Shown piece after piece: positions 29,496-42,005 of a stretch of 45,944 nt of DNA. The DNA is from Arenimonas sp. (GTDB lineage Bacteria > Pseudomonadota > Gammaproteobacteria > Xanthomonadales > Xanthomonadaceae), in NCBI GenBank assembly GCA_043747995.1, contig JAYTOD010000048.1, forward strand, positions 1-45,944, in the 5' to 3' direction. Each line of letters opens with the position of its first letter. Position 1 is the first letter of the stretch. Position numbers and translations under genes: made by a program. The notes beneath the pieces are model-generated. The model was not told where the DNA came from. It made no database searches and saw only the letters and a program-made list of their open reading frames with translations.

Positions 29496-31105
29496 TGCCT
29501 GTGCTAACCTCGCGTATAGACTCACAATCGCCTGCCTTCGCAGCCAATGTTGCACGCATGCGTGAGAAACTGAATGAAGTGCGGGCACTTGAAGCAAAAG
29601 TGCGTGAGGAATCTAACGCGAAGCGAGAGAAATTTGAAAAACGCGACCAATTATTACCGCGTGAACGCGTGGCTCATTTACTCGACCGGGATTCTGATTT
29701 TTTAGAATTAAGCACGCTCGCTGGTTTAGGCATGCACGATGATGATGGCCGACGCAGTGTACTAGGTGGTGGCTCTATTATTGGTATTGGCACCGTGTCG
29801 GGCAAGCGTTGCATCATATCGGCCAGCGACAGTGCGCTTAAAGGCGGCACGATTTCGCCGATGGGCTTACGTAAAGCATTACGTGCGCAGGAAATAGCTC
29901 GCGATAATAAGTTACCTGTTATCTATTTAGTAGAGTCGGGCGGTGCCAATCTGTTATATCAAAGCGAAATTTTTGTTGAAGGCGGCCGTAGCTTTGCAAT
30001 GCAGGCACGCTTATCGGCAGCTGGCATCCCACAAATCTCCGTTGTGCATGGTTCGTCAACAGCCGGTGGCGCATATTTGCCAGGGCTTTCTGATTACGTT
30101 GTGTTAGTGCGTGGTCGTTCAAATATTTTTCTCGCTGGCCCACCTTTAGTGAAAGCGGCAATTGGCGAACAGTGCGATGAAGAAACTTTGGGCGGTGCAG
30201 AAATGCATGCGAAAATTACAGGTTTGGGCGAATACCTGGCCGAAAATGATGCGCAAGCAATTGCCATGGCGCGCGAGGTGTTAGATAAACTCAATTGGCA
30301 AGTAAATACCCCAAATTTACTTGCGGCTGAGCCCTTATTTAATGCCGAAGAATTACTTGGCATCGTGCCATGCGATGAGCGCGAACCCTTTGATATGCGC
30401 GATGTGATTGCCCGTATTGTTGATGGCTCAGATTTTCTAGAATTTAAAGTAAATTTTGCCAGCGATACCCTATGTGGACATGCGCGCATTGATGGAAAAC
30501 TGGTTGGCATATTGGCTAATAATGGCCCAATTCAACCCAATGGCTCGGCCAAGGCTGGCCAATTTATTCAACTCTGTGACCAAAGCAATACGCCGCTGGT
30601 TTTTTTACAAAACACCACAGGCTTTATGGTTGGCTCGGTGGCCGAACGCAATGGCGCTATTAAGCATGGCGCAAAAATGATACAAGCTGTAGCGAACGCG
30701 CGCGTTGCAAAATTTACTATTGTAATTGGTGGTTCTTTTGGGGCTGGCAATTACGGCATGTGCGGCCGTGGTTTTGACCCACGCTTTATTTTTGCTTGGC
30801 CAACTGCGCGCACTGCAGTTATGGGTGGTGCACAAGCGGCAAAAGTGATGGATATCATTAGCCGAAGTAAATTTGAGCGGGCTGGCCAAACCGTGAATGA
30901 AGATGCTTTGAAAGCCATGTCTGACAGTATGCGTATTCGGCTTGATCAAGAATCAAATGTGTTATTTGGCACCGCGCGTTTGTGGGACGATGGCATTATT
31001 GACCCGCGTGATACGCGGCGTGTGCTTGCTACCTGCTTAAACCTTGCCGCAGAAGCCGATAGTAGAACATTGCACTCGAATACATTTGGTGTGTCACGTT
31101 TTTAA
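29495..31105 (+). CDS. atuC: Geranyl-CoA carboxylase carboxyltransferase subunit-like
   Basis: LLPRERV, LVESGGANL, STAGGAY, QNTTGFMVG, GAGNYGMCGR, WDDGIIDPRDTR. Confidence 0.8.
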   Translation: MPVLTSRIDSQSPAFAANVARMREKLNEVRALEAKVREESNAKREKFEKRDQLLPRERVAHLLDRDSDFLELSTLAGLGMHDDDGRRSVLGGGSIIGIGTVSGKRCIISASDSALKGGTISPMGLRKALRAQEIARDNKLPVIYLVESGGANLLYQSEIFVEGGRSFAMQARLSAAGIPQISVVHGSSTAGGAYLPGLSDYVVLVRGRSNIFLAGPPLVKAAIGEQCDEETLGGAEMHAKITGLGEYLAENDAQAIAMAREVLDKLNWQVNTPNLLAAEPLFNAEELLGIVPCDEREPFDMRDVIARIVDGSDFLEFKVNFASDTLCGHARIDGKLVGILANNGPIQPNGSAKAGQFIQLCDQSNTPLVFLQNTTGFMVGSVAERNGAIKHGAKMIQAVANARVAKFTIVIGGSFGAGNYGMCGRGFDPRFIFAWPTARTAVMGGAQAAKVMDIISRSKFERAGQTVNEDALKAMSDSMRIRLDQESNVLFGTARLWDDGIIDPRDTRRVLATCLNLAAEADSRTLHSNTFGVSRF

Positions 31106-31139
31106 TTATTCCTTATTCACTTCATAAAAGATCAATAGT

Positions 31140-32291
31140 ATGAACTTCACGCCTGAACACAAGCAATTAGCCGAAACCATCACTAAATTTGTGGAAAAAG
31201 AAATTAATCCTTTTGTGGATGAGTGGGAAGCGGCGGAAACGTTTCCTGCACATGAGCTGTTCAAAAAGCTGGGTGATTTGGGCCTGCTGGGCATTAAATA
31301 CCCAGAAGAATACGGCGGCTTAGGATTAGATTTTAGTTATTCGATGGTAATGGCTGAAGCCTTAGGCACTATTAATTGTGGGGGCGTGCCGATGGCTATT
31401 GGCGTGCATACCGATATGTGTACACCGGCTTTGGCACGCTTTGGCTCTGATGAGCTTAAGCAAGAGTTTCTCGCGCCATCTATTGCTGGCGAACAAGTGG
31501 GCTGCATAGCTGTAAGCGAAACCACGGGTGGTTCGGATGTGGCGGCTATCAAAACCAGCGCGCGTATTGACGATGGCGATTATGTCATTAACGGTTCCAA
31601 AATGTGGATCACCAATGGTATGCAAGCCGATTGGTGTTGCTTGCTAGCAAATACTTCGGAAGGCGCTGCACATAAAAATAAATCTTTAATCATTGTGCCT
31701 ATGGATGCCGCTGGTATTAGCCGACAAAAAATTCGTAAAATGGGGATGAACTCTTCGGATACCGCGCAATTATTTTTCGATAATGTACGCGTACCAAAGC
31801 GCAATTTAATTGGCCAAGAAGGTATGGGTTTTACTTTCCAAATGCTGCAGTTTCAGGAAGAGCGTTTATGGGGCGCAGCCAACTCATTAAAAATGATGGA
31901 TCGCCTGATTGATCAAACAATTGCCTACACACGCGAGCGAAAAGTATTTGGTATATCGGTACTAGATAACCAAAGCGTGCATTTTCGGTTAGCAGAATTG
32001 CGCACTGAAGTGGAATGTTTGCGCGCACTCACTTATCAAGCGGTGGCTGCGTATGTTTCCGGCAAAGACATGAGCCGCTTAGCATCTATGGCGAAGCTGA
32101 AAAGTGGCCGTCTATGCCGCGAAGTAACCGATGCCTGTTTGCAATATTGGGGTGGTATGGGCTTCGCCTGGGATAACCCATTATCACGCGCCTATCGCGA
32201 TGCACGCTTGGTCTCGATTGGTGGTGGTGCAGATGAAGTTATGCTTGGTATTATTGCCAAATTTGAAGGCACTTTGCCGAGAAAGGCATAA
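31140..32291 (+). CDS. atuD: Citronellyl-CoA dehydrogenase-like acyl-CoA dehydrogenase
   Basis: CGGVPMAIGV.TDMCTPALARFGSDEL, QFQEERL, CLQYWGGMG, SIGGGADEVML. Confidence 0.8.
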   Translation: MNFTPEHKQLAETITKFVEKEINPFVDEWEAAETFPAHELFKKLGDLGLLGIKYPEEYGGLGLDFSYSMVMAEALGTINCGGVPMAIGVHTDMCTPALARFGSDELKQEFLAPSIAGEQVGCIAVSETTGGSDVAAIKTSARIDDGDYVINGSKMWITNGMQADWCCLLANTSEGAAHKNKSLIIVPMDAAGISRQKIRKMGMNSSDTAQLFFDNVRVPKRNLIGQEGMGFTFQMLQFQEERLWGAANSLKMMDRLIDQTIAYTRERKVFGISVLDNQSVHFRLAELRTEVECLRALTYQAVAAYVSGKDMSRLASMAKLKSGRLCREVTDACLQYWGGMGFAWDNPLSRAYRDARLVSIGGGADEVMLGIIAKFEGTLPRKA

Positions 32292-32300
32292 GGACAGCGC

Positions 32301-33107
32301 ATGAATACAGAGACAAAAAATTTACTGCTGCAAAGTGAAAAAGGCGTACTGAGTATTCAGTTCAATCGCCCTGAACAACGCAATGCAATGTCTTTGCAGA
32401 TGGTCTCTGAATTGCGTGAAGCATTGCGAACAGCAGAAACAGACGGCATAACGCGCGTTATTGTTTTGCGTGGTAGTGGCGGGCATTTTTGTGCTGGTGC
32501 TGATCTAAATGACATGGCCACAGCGCGCGCGTTGATGGCTGATGGACAGCCCAATGCGGTTGCCGAAGCGAATGCCAGTTTTGGAAATCTGTGTGTTGCC
32601 TTTGCGAACACCCCGCTGGCTGTAATCACGGTGGTAGAAGGCACCGTAATGGGCGGCGGTTTTGGCCTTGCCTGTGCCGCAGATGTAACGCTTGCCAACG
32701 ATAACGCGGTGTTCCGTTTACCGGAAACATCGCTGGGTTTGGTGCCGGCACAAATCGCTCCGTTTTTGGTTGAACGTCTAGGCTACTCCGAAGCCAAACG
32801 CTTGGCGGTTACCGGTGCAAAGCTAAATGCGCAGCAAGCCTTGTCAATCCGCTTGGTACATGAAAGTTATGCCACGTCAGAGGCCTTGGCAGATGCACTG
32901 GTTAATACCATAGAGACTATTCTTGCCTGCGCGCCAGGTGCTATTGCAGCAACCAAAGCGTTAATGGCAAAAGCACGTTTTTCTGAGCCTGCCAATATAG
33001 TGGCTGAAGCGGCGGTTTTGTTTTCTCAAGCCGCACTTAGTGCGGAAGGAATAGAAGGTACCATCGCTTTCTTGCAAAAACGTAAACCCTATTGGGCGCA
33101 ACAATGA
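32301..33107 (+). CDS. atuE: Isohexenylglutaconyl-CoA hydratase-like crotonase
   Basis: NRPEQRNAMS, HFCAGAD, MGGGFGL, LPETSLGLVPAQIAPF. Confidence 0.75.
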   Translation: MNTETKNLLLQSEKGVLSIQFNRPEQRNAMSLQMVSELREALRTAETDGITRVIVLRGSGGHFCAGADLNDMATARALMADGQPNAVAEANASFGNLCVAFANTPLAVITVVEGTVMGGGFGLACAADVTLANDNAVFRLPETSLGLVPAQIAPFLVERLGYSEAKRLAVTGAKLNAQQALSIRLVHESYATSEALADALVNTIETILACAPGAIAATKALMAKARFSEPANIVAEAAVLFSQAALSAEGIEGTIAFLQKRKPYWAQQ

Positions 33108-35080
33108 CCAGTACAACGCTAGGCACTCCATTTAAAAAAGTATTAATTGCCAATCGTGGCGAAATTGCCTGCCGCATCATTCGTTCCGTTCACAAACTTG
33201 GCTATTCCAGTGTGGCTGTTTATAGCGAAGCAGATGCCAATGCAGCGCATGTGCGAATGGCGAATGAAGCAGTTTGTATTGGTGCAGCGCCGGCATCAGA
33301 ATCATATCTAAATATTGCAGCTATTCTAGCGGCTGCCGAAAAGACCGGTGCCGATGCTGTGCATCCTGGTTATGGATTCCTTTCCGAAAATGCGGCATTT
33401 AATCGTGCCTGCGTTGCTGCCGGCTTGGTGTTTATTGGGCCATCTGCCGAGGCAATTGAGGCGATGGGCGATAAAGCAGTTGCTAAGCGCCGCATGATAA
33501 GCGCTGGCGTGCCGACTGTGCCAGGCTATCAGGATGAGCAGCAAAGCGATGCGCGCTTAATAAAAGAAGCAGATTCGGTAGGTTTTCCATTATTGGTTAA
33601 AGCGGTTGCCGGTGGTGGTGGTCGAGGTATGCGTTTGGTTTATCAGCACAGCGAATTAGCTGAGGCAATCATTAGCGCCCGCCGCGAATCTGCCAGTGCT
33701 TTCGGTGATGATCGTTTAATGCTTGAGCGTTTAATTGAATTTGGCCGACATATTGAAATACAGATATTTGCCGATGCGCATGGCAATGCGGTGCATTTAG
33801 GCGAGCGCGATTGTACGGCGCAGCGTCGCCGGCAAAAAGTTATTGAAGAAGCACCATCACCTATTGTTGATAGTACCATTCGGGAAGCTATGGGCAATGA
33901 TGCGGTTGCTGCGGCGCTTGCGGTTAATTATTGTGGCGCGGGTACGGTTGAATTTATTGTTGACCAAAGTGGCAAGCATTTTTTCCTCGAAATGAATACG
34001 CGCTTGCAAGTGGAACATCCCGTTACTGAAATGATTACTGGCTATGACTTAGTAGAGTGGCAACTGCTAGTGGCAGAAGGTAAAAAAATACCTGTCCATC
34101 AACATCAAATCCAATTTAATGGCCATGCCATTGAAGCCCGTTTGTATGCCGAAGATCCGTACCAAGGCTTTGCACCACAAACAGGGCGTATTTTGTATTG
34201 GCGGCCTGAAACAAACCTAGTGAATGGCCTGCGTGTTGATGATGGCATTTTAGAGCAGGGACTTGTGTCACCTTTTTATGATCCAATGCTGGCCAAACTG
34301 ATTGTGCACGGCACTGATCGCGATGATGCGATTCGTCGTTTGGCAAAATTACTAGCAAATACGCCTTTATTTGGCTTGCGAAATAACAGCCGTTTTTTAC
34401 ATGACCTGATTCAACATCCGGCATTTCGCAATGCGCAAATGGATACAGCTATGCTCGACCGTTGGCTAGACGAGGGGGAACCAATCATGCAAGCGCCTGC
34501 TGCCCCTAGTATTGCATGGGTGCTTGCCGCTGCCCTATTTGCCGGACAGCCATGTTGGCGCTCGGCTAGTGTTGCAGAATTTGAGTTATCGTTACATTGC
34601 GATGATGGTAGTAGCAATAAATTACGCATTCGTAAAACACCAGATGCTGTGCATGTAATGCACAATCAAAATAGTTTTTGTGTGCGCATATTGTCAGCAC
34701 ACAATAACTGTTTGCATTATGAAATAGATGGCCTACAAGCACACTTAATATTCCAGCAGGAAGCTAAGCAGGTATACCTTGCACTGCAAGCCAGTGTCTT
34801 TGTATTTAGTGAAAGCAACCCGTTAGAGCTTTTTGATGATGTCGAAAAAAGCGGTCATTTAGTTGCATCTTTGGCTGGACGGGTTACACAAATTGCCGTA
34901 GCTGTTGGCGATGAAGTATTGGTAGGGCAAGCGTTGATTTGCCTCGAAGCCATGAAAATGGAGATTTGGGTTAAAGCACGTACCGCTGGCCGTGTGCGTT
35001 CAATCCACACACAATTAAATAATCAAGTAGAAGCCAATGCTTTACTGATTGAGTTTGACGATTTTTCTACGGAGGCATAA
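33104..35080 (+). CDS. atuF: Geranyl-CoA carboxylase biotin carboxylase/biotin carrier subunit-like
   Basis: LIANRGEIA, HPGYGFLSEN, GGGGRGMR, EMNTRLQVEH, EAMKM biotin site; ATGA overlap with atuE. Confidence 0.8.
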   Translation: MTSTTLGTPFKKVLIANRGEIACRIIRSVHKLGYSSVAVYSEADANAAHVRMANEAVCIGAAPASESYLNIAAILAAAEKTGADAVHPGYGFLSENAAFNRACVAAGLVFIGPSAEAIEAMGDKAVAKRRMISAGVPTVPGYQDEQQSDARLIKEADSVGFPLLVKAVAGGGGRGMRLVYQHSELAEAIISARRESASAFGDDRLMLERLIEFGRHIEIQIFADAHGNAVHLGERDCTAQRRRQKVIEEAPSPIVDSTIREAMGNDAVAAALAVNYCGAGTVEFIVDQSGKHFFLEMNTRLQVEHPVTEMITGYDLVEWQLLVAEGKKIPVHQHQIQFNGHAIEARLYAEDPYQGFAPQTGRILYWRPETNLVNGLRVDDGILEQGLVSPFYDPMLAKLIVHGTDRDDAIRRLAKLLANTPLFGLRNNSRFLHDLIQHPAFRNAQMDTAMLDRWLDEGEPIMQAPAAPSIAWVLAAALFAGQPCWRSASVAEFELSLHCDDGSSNKLRIRKTPDAVHVMHNQNSFCVRILSAHNNCLHYEIDGLQAHLIFQQEAKQVYLALQASVFVFSESNPLELFDDVEKSGHLVASLAGRVTQIAVAVGDEVLVGQALICLEAMKMEIWVKARTAGRVRSIHTQLNNQVEANALLIEFDDFSTEA

Positions 35081-35940
35081 TGAACAAAGCAATTCTTACC
35101 TGCGCACTCACTGGCGTACTCACTAATCCTAAACAACACCCAGTGCCAGTAACACCAGCCCAAATGGCAGCAGAAGCGCGTGATGCTTTTAATGCCGGTG
35201 CTGCCATTATGCATGTGCATATTCGTAGGCAAGAGCAAGATTTAGGCTATTTACCAAGCTGGGATCCTGACATCGCCGAGCAAGTCGTCAATGAAATTCG
35301 TAATGCTTGCCCAGGCGTCATTATTAATTTAAGTACTGGCGTTTTAGGACCAGATATCTCAGGCCCAGTCGAATGCATACGCCGAGTAAAGCCAGAAATT
35401 GCGGCATGCAATGCCGGTAGTTTAAATTATTTAAAAATTAAGGAGGATGGTCAATGGGCATGGCCACCGATGGTGTTTGATAACCCAGTCGATAAAATAC
35501 AAGCATTTTTACAGGTGATGAAAGAAACTAATACCGCACCTGAGTTTGAGTGCTTTGATGTGGGCATCGTTCGTGCCGTTGGTATGTTTCATAAAGCCGG
35601 CATGGCTGAGCACCTTGATTATAATTTTGTGATGGGCGTTGCTTCTGGTATGCCGGTGGATGCTGATTTATTAGCATTATTGTTGCGCTGGATTGAACCT
35701 TCAGCAACGTGGCAAAGTACCTTGATTGGACGTCGTGAAATTTGGCCGGTTCACCAACGCACAGCAGAGCTCGGTGGCATGCTACGAACCGGCTTGGAGG
35801 ATACCTTTTATTTACCTGACGGTGAACGCGCAACAGGCAATGGGGTGTTGATTGAACAGCTAGCAAAATGTGCCGAAAATGCAGGCCGTGCTATTGCCAG
35901 CCCAGCAGAAGCACGCCATATTCTTAACTTACCTGCATAG
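35080..35940 (+). CDS. DUF849 beta-keto acid cleavage enzyme (BKACE/Kce family)
   Basis: ILTCALTG, P.TP...A..A...F.AGA.I.HVH.R, PEFECFD, RTGLED, A.P.EAR..L; TAATG overlap with atuF. Confidence 0.88.
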   Translation: MNKAILTCALTGVLTNPKQHPVPVTPAQMAAEARDAFNAGAAIMHVHIRRQEQDLGYLPSWDPDIAEQVVNEIRNACPGVIINLSTGVLGPDISGPVECIRRVKPEIAACNAGSLNYLKIKEDGQWAWPPMVFDNPVDKIQAFLQVMKETNTAPEFECFDVGIVRAVGMFHKAGMAEHLDYNFVMGVASGMPVDADLLALLLRWIEPSATWQSTLIGRREIWPVHQRTAELGGMLRTGLEDTFYLPDGERATGNGVLIEQLAKCAENAGRAIASPAEARHILNLPA

Positions 35941-35952
35941 TGAAATATCAGT

Positions 35953-37728
35953 ATGAACAGTAACGGTAATTTTTCACCCACGCCACGTTGTTTTCGGGAT
36001 ACGGTTAAAAGACTTTCAAATCAACCCGCGTATTTTGTGCGTAGTGAAAAAAGCTGGCAGCCTTGTTCATGGACACAGTACGGCGAGCAAGTTGAGGCTG
36101 CTTCGCGTGCATTAATTGCCTTGGGTATTGGCAAAGGCGATGTGGTTTGTATATTGGGGTTTAACCGCCCTGAATGGGCCATCATGGACCTTGCTGCCAT
36201 GGCCGTTGGTGCTACTGCTGCTGGCATTTACTGGACCTGCGCGCCAGTGGAAGTGGAGTATGTACTTGAGCATTCCAAGGCAAGGGTTTTATTAGTAGAG
36301 AATGCTAACCAGTATGAAAAAATTCGTGCAGCACGCTCGCACTTAAGCCATTTGCAACATGTAATTATTATGTCTGAAGACTGTTTGCCAGAAGTCATGG
36401 CTTGGCAAGATTTTTTATTATTAGGTCATCAGAAATTTCATGCTGAATTACAGCAGCGCCTCGCCAATATTCAAGCTGATGATTTAGGTTGTTTAATTTA
36501 TACATCAGGCACCACCGGTGCGGCAAAAGCTGTGATGTTGAGTCATGGCAGCCTTGCATGGGTGAGGCAGAGCATTGTTGAATGGTATGTAGCCACAGAC
36601 CTTGATCGCTTGCTGTCTTATTTGCCCATGGCGCATATTGCTGAACAAATGGGCGCTATTCATGCGCAGGCAGAAGCGGGCTTCGCCATTTATTATGCGC
36701 GCAGCATTGAATCAGTCCCTGAGCATTTGAAAGAAGTGCGCCCCACTATTTTTTTTGGTGTGCCACGCGTATGGGAAAAAATGCATGCCACCATTGACGC
36801 TAAACTTGCTTTGGCTAGCCGTTTCAAGCGAACACTTGCATTGTGGGCATTTAAAGTGATGCGAAAATGGCATGCGCATCAATTGAACGATAGCGTACCT
36901 AGCTGGTGGCTAAATGCGCAAAAGAAATTGGCTAATCATTTAGTGCACCGCAAACTGAAGGCAGCAATGGGCTTAGATCAAGCACGCTTATTAATCACAG
37001 GTGCGTCGAGTATTGCCAAAGAGCACCTGATTTTTTTTAGTGGGCTGGATTTAATGGTCCGCGAACTTTACGGGCAGTCGGAAACCTGCGGTCCAATCAC
37101 GGTAAGTGGTAATGGTTCAACGCGCTTTGGATCGGTTGGTAAGGCCCTGCCTGGAACGGAGATTCGTATAGTTGATAACGAAGTGCAAGTGCGCGGCCCG
37201 CATGTTTTCTCAGGCTACCTTGGCCGCATCGAAGAGTCAGAAAAAGTGTTTGATCAAGACTGGTTACTAACAGGAGATTATGGTCGCTTTGATGATGAAG
37301 GCTATTTGTATATCACTGGCCGCAAACGCGATTTAATTATTACCTCCGGCGGTAAAAATATTTCACCTGCTAATCTTGAAGCTGACTTAATGAGCATCGC
37401 TTTTGTTGAGCATGCCGTTGTGTGCGGTGACAACCGGCATTACTTGGTGGCATTGCTCAGCTTGAAACCAGAAGCCGTGCAACAGTTTGCAAGTGAATAT
37501 GCCATTGCTATAGAAGCAGTTTGGCAACACCCAGAGTTACTTGGAATTCTGCAAAATGCGATTGACGAGGTCAACAATCGCCATGCCCGTGTTGAAGCAA
37601 TACGTAAATTTGCACTGATCGAAAAATCATTATCGATTGATGATGCCGAACTCACACCAACCATGAAAGTACGCCGTCAAGTGGTGATTGAACGCAATCA
37701 GGCTTTAATTGATGACCTCTATCTATAA
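35953..37728 (+). CDS. Long-chain acyl-CoA synthetase (AMP-binding)
   Basis: YTSGTTGAAK, LPMAH, GVPRVWEK, YGQSE, TGD, GRKRDLIITSGGKN, ELTPTMK. Confidence 0.9.
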   Translation: MNSNGNFSPTPRCFRDTVKRLSNQPAYFVRSEKSWQPCSWTQYGEQVEAASRALIALGIGKGDVVCILGFNRPEWAIMDLAAMAVGATAAGIYWTCAPVEVEYVLEHSKARVLLVENANQYEKIRAARSHLSHLQHVIIMSEDCLPEVMAWQDFLLLGHQKFHAELQQRLANIQADDLGCLIYTSGTTGAAKAVMLSHGSLAWVRQSIVEWYVATDLDRLLSYLPMAHIAEQMGAIHAQAEAGFAIYYARSIESVPEHLKEVRPTIFFGVPRVWEKMHATIDAKLALASRFKRTLALWAFKVMRKWHAHQLNDSVPSWWLNAQKKLANHLVHRKLKAAMGLDQARLLITGASSIAKEHLIFFSGLDLMVRELYGQSETCGPITVSGNGSTRFGSVGKALPGTEIRIVDNEVQVRGPHVFSGYLGRIEESEKVFDQDWLLTGDYGRFDDEGYLYITGRKRDLIITSGGKNISPANLEADLMSIAFVEHAVVCGDNRHYLVALLSLKPEAVQQFASEYAIAIEAVWQHPELLGILQNAIDEVNNRHARVEAIRKFALIEKSLSIDDAELTPTMKVRRQVVIERNQALIDDLYL

Positions 37729-37740
37729 ATCGATATATAA

Positions 37741-37764
37741 GGGCGCGGCAAGCAGCGCCCCTAC
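37741..37764 (-). repeat. Solo GTAG-type REP-like palindrome
   Basis: Minus strand GTAG-GGGCGC-TGCTTGCC-GCGCCC, between convergent genes. Confidence 0.65.
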
Positions 37765-37776
37765 GTTATGAAATTA

Positions 37777-39276
37777 TTACGCCGCAGCAGCTTCTTTCTT
37801 GCGTGGGCCATTCAATAAGGCAAGCCGAATATGGCTAATCATCAAATCCATTTCAGCGCTAGTGATGCCAAAATGCGGTGTGAAACGAAGGCTGTTGGTG
37901 CCGCCGTGAATTACACCAATACCACGTTCTCGCATGTATTCTTCGGTGGAATTTGCGCCATAGCATTTGAAGCTTGGGTCAAGTTCGCATGAGAACAACA
38001 AGCCAGTGCCTTGCACTTTGGTAATCAAGCCGCCGAGTTCTGCTTTCAGCGCATTCAGTTTATCCAGCGCTTCTTGCCCTTTGCCACGTATGTTGGCGCG
38101 GATTTCTGGGGTTAGCGAGTTCAGCACGGTGGTGGCAATATCCATAGCGCGCGGGTTGGTGGTCATGGTGTTGCCGTAAGTGCCTTTGGCATACACTTTT
38201 GCGGCGCGTTCATTCACTGCTAAAACCGACAGCGGATACTGACCGCCGTTTAGTGCTTTCGAATAGGTTTCCATATCCGGTGCTTCCAGATGTTCAAAGC
38301 CCGGGTAATCTACAATTGACAACACACCATGCGCGCGCAAACCCGCTTGGATGGAATCAATCAGCAAGAAAGTACCATGTGCTTTAGTTAGCTCACGCGC
38401 CACCGCATAAAATTCTGGTGGCACGGCGCGGCCTGGGTCACCTTCACCCATCACAGGCTCAAGGAACATTGCTTCAATGTACCAGCCGTTCGCATCGGCA
38501 TCGGCAAAGGCTTTTTTCAGACCGTCGATGGAGTAGGGTGCAATAGTAATTAGTTGGTTTTCGTGGTGTTTCCAGCTTGCTAAGTTCTCGGCGTACGCTT
38601 TGCGCGATGAATCTGAATAAAGGCATGGCAATTCAGTGCGGCCATGAAACGCGCCCTTCATGGCAATGCGTTTAACGCGTTTGCCGGCATGGCGAGCGCC
38701 AGGGTCGGTCATCAGTTTAGTATTGGTATCAGCAATACGGCCAGCCAGGGAAACCGATTCCGAACCAGAGTTTAGGGTCAGGAATTTGGCAAATGGGCAG
38801 GCGCCGCGTGTATGGCCAATTTCTTTACGCAAGGCATTGGCCACGCGCAAATGTGAAAGGCTTGGCGACATAATATTGGCCATCACTTGCGGTTTGCTCA
38901 TGGTCTCAATAACGGCTTCAGGCGTGTGCCCAAAGCCGAGCATGCCGTAGCCGCCGGAATCGTGCAATACACGGCCTTTCAGGGTAATCACCCACGGGCC
39001 ACAAGCAGCAATCGCCACATACGGGTTAATCGCGTCGTCTGGGTAAAAGTTGATAAAGCCCGATTGTGTTGCATCAATTTGGGTTTGCTCGTCAGCATCG
39101 GCTAAATCGGCAAATTCAGCGACAATTGCCGGAAACGCATCAGCAGCGCGCTCAGCGGCAATCACTAAATCAGGATATTGCGCAGCCAATTGCAACAAAC
39201 TAGCATCATCAAGCCCGTGCGTACGCACTGTGCCTTGGCGTTGGCGAAGTGGGTTAAGGATATCAAGAATAGTCAT
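37777..39276 (-). CDS. lat: Class III PLP aminotransferase, probable L-lysine 6-aminotransferase
   Basis: GGYGMLGFGH, NSGSE, AFHGRT, EPVMGEG, DSIQAG, TYSKAL; N-terminus resembles, from recall, the Flavobacterium lutescens-type LAT. Confidence 0.7.
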   Translation of the reverse strand: MTILDILNPLRQRQGTVRTHGLDDASLLQLAAQYPDLVIAAERAADAFPAIVAEFADLADADEQTQIDATQSGFINFYPDDAINPYVAIAACGPWVITLKGRVLHDSGGYGMLGFGHTPEAVIETMSKPQVMANIMSPSLSHLRVANALRKEIGHTRGACPFAKFLTLNSGSESVSLAGRIADTNTKLMTDPGARHAGKRVKRIAMKGAFHGRTELPCLYSDSSRKAYAENLASWKHHENQLITIAPYSIDGLKKAFADADANGWYIEAMFLEPVMGEGDPGRAVPPEFYAVARELTKAHGTFLLIDSIQAGLRAHGVLSIVDYPGFEHLEAPDMETYSKALNGGQYPLSVLAVNERAAKVYAKGTYGNTMTTNPRAMDIATTVLNSLTPEIRANIRGKGQEALDKLNALKAELGGLITKVQGTGLLFSCELDPSFKCYGANSTEEYMRERGIGVIHGGTNSLRFTPHFGITSAEMDLMISHIRLALLNGPRKKEAAAA

Positions 39277-39405
39277 AATAACTCCAAGCGCTGAAGCGCT
39301 GTGTTTGGGTAAAAAGCGATTTTATCATGCTGAAATTCGAACCGTAACCCCCTAAACCGCAAAATCAATGGCTTAAGTTACAATAGGCGGCTGTTTTGGA
39401 GTGTT

Positions 39406-41549
<2,144 letters not shown>

Positions 41550-41621
41550 ATTACGCACTCGATGCCCTCAGATATGTCATAATTGCCTATTCGGTTCCAC
41601 ACTAATTGAAGGATTTATCGT

Positions 41622-41957
41622 ATGTCGTTACTCGATTTGTTTATTTCGCCTGCCGCTGCACAAGCTGCACCTGCACAAGGTAGCCCAATTTCATTATTAG
41701 TGATGATGGTGTTGTTTTTCGCGGTATTTTATTTTATGGCCATCCGCCCACAAATGAAACGCGCTAAAGAACACCGCACATTGCTAGCAGGTTTGTCGAA
41801 AGGCGATGAAGTGTTAACCAATGGTGGCGTTGCTGGCCGTATCGACGACATGGGTGAAAGTTTTGTATCGGTTGAAATCGCAACTGGCGTAATCGTTAAA
41901 GTACAAAAAAATTCTATCACTGCGGTGTTGCCAAAAGGTAGCTTGAAGTCCGCTTAA
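41622..41957 (+). CDS. yajC: Preprotein translocase subunit YajC
   Basis: FYFMAIRPQMKR.KEH, KGDEVLT.GG, VLPKG. Confidence 0.95.
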   Translation: MSLLDLFISPAAAQAAPAQGSPISLLVMMVLFFAVFYFMAIRPQMKRAKEHRTLLAGLSKGDEVLTNGGVAGRIDDMGESFVSVEIATGVIVKVQKNSITAVLPKGSLKSA

Positions 41958-42005
41958 TCATTTGATTTATTATTTTATGAAGGCCTATAGGTCTCGGATT
42001 TTATC

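Noticed and set aside
29495-35080. Leucine-degradation liu cluster
   Set aside because: AtuB-like SDR and AtuD-like motifs, B-C-D-E-F order and no HMG-CoA lyase favour atu-like; not fully excluded without phylogeny
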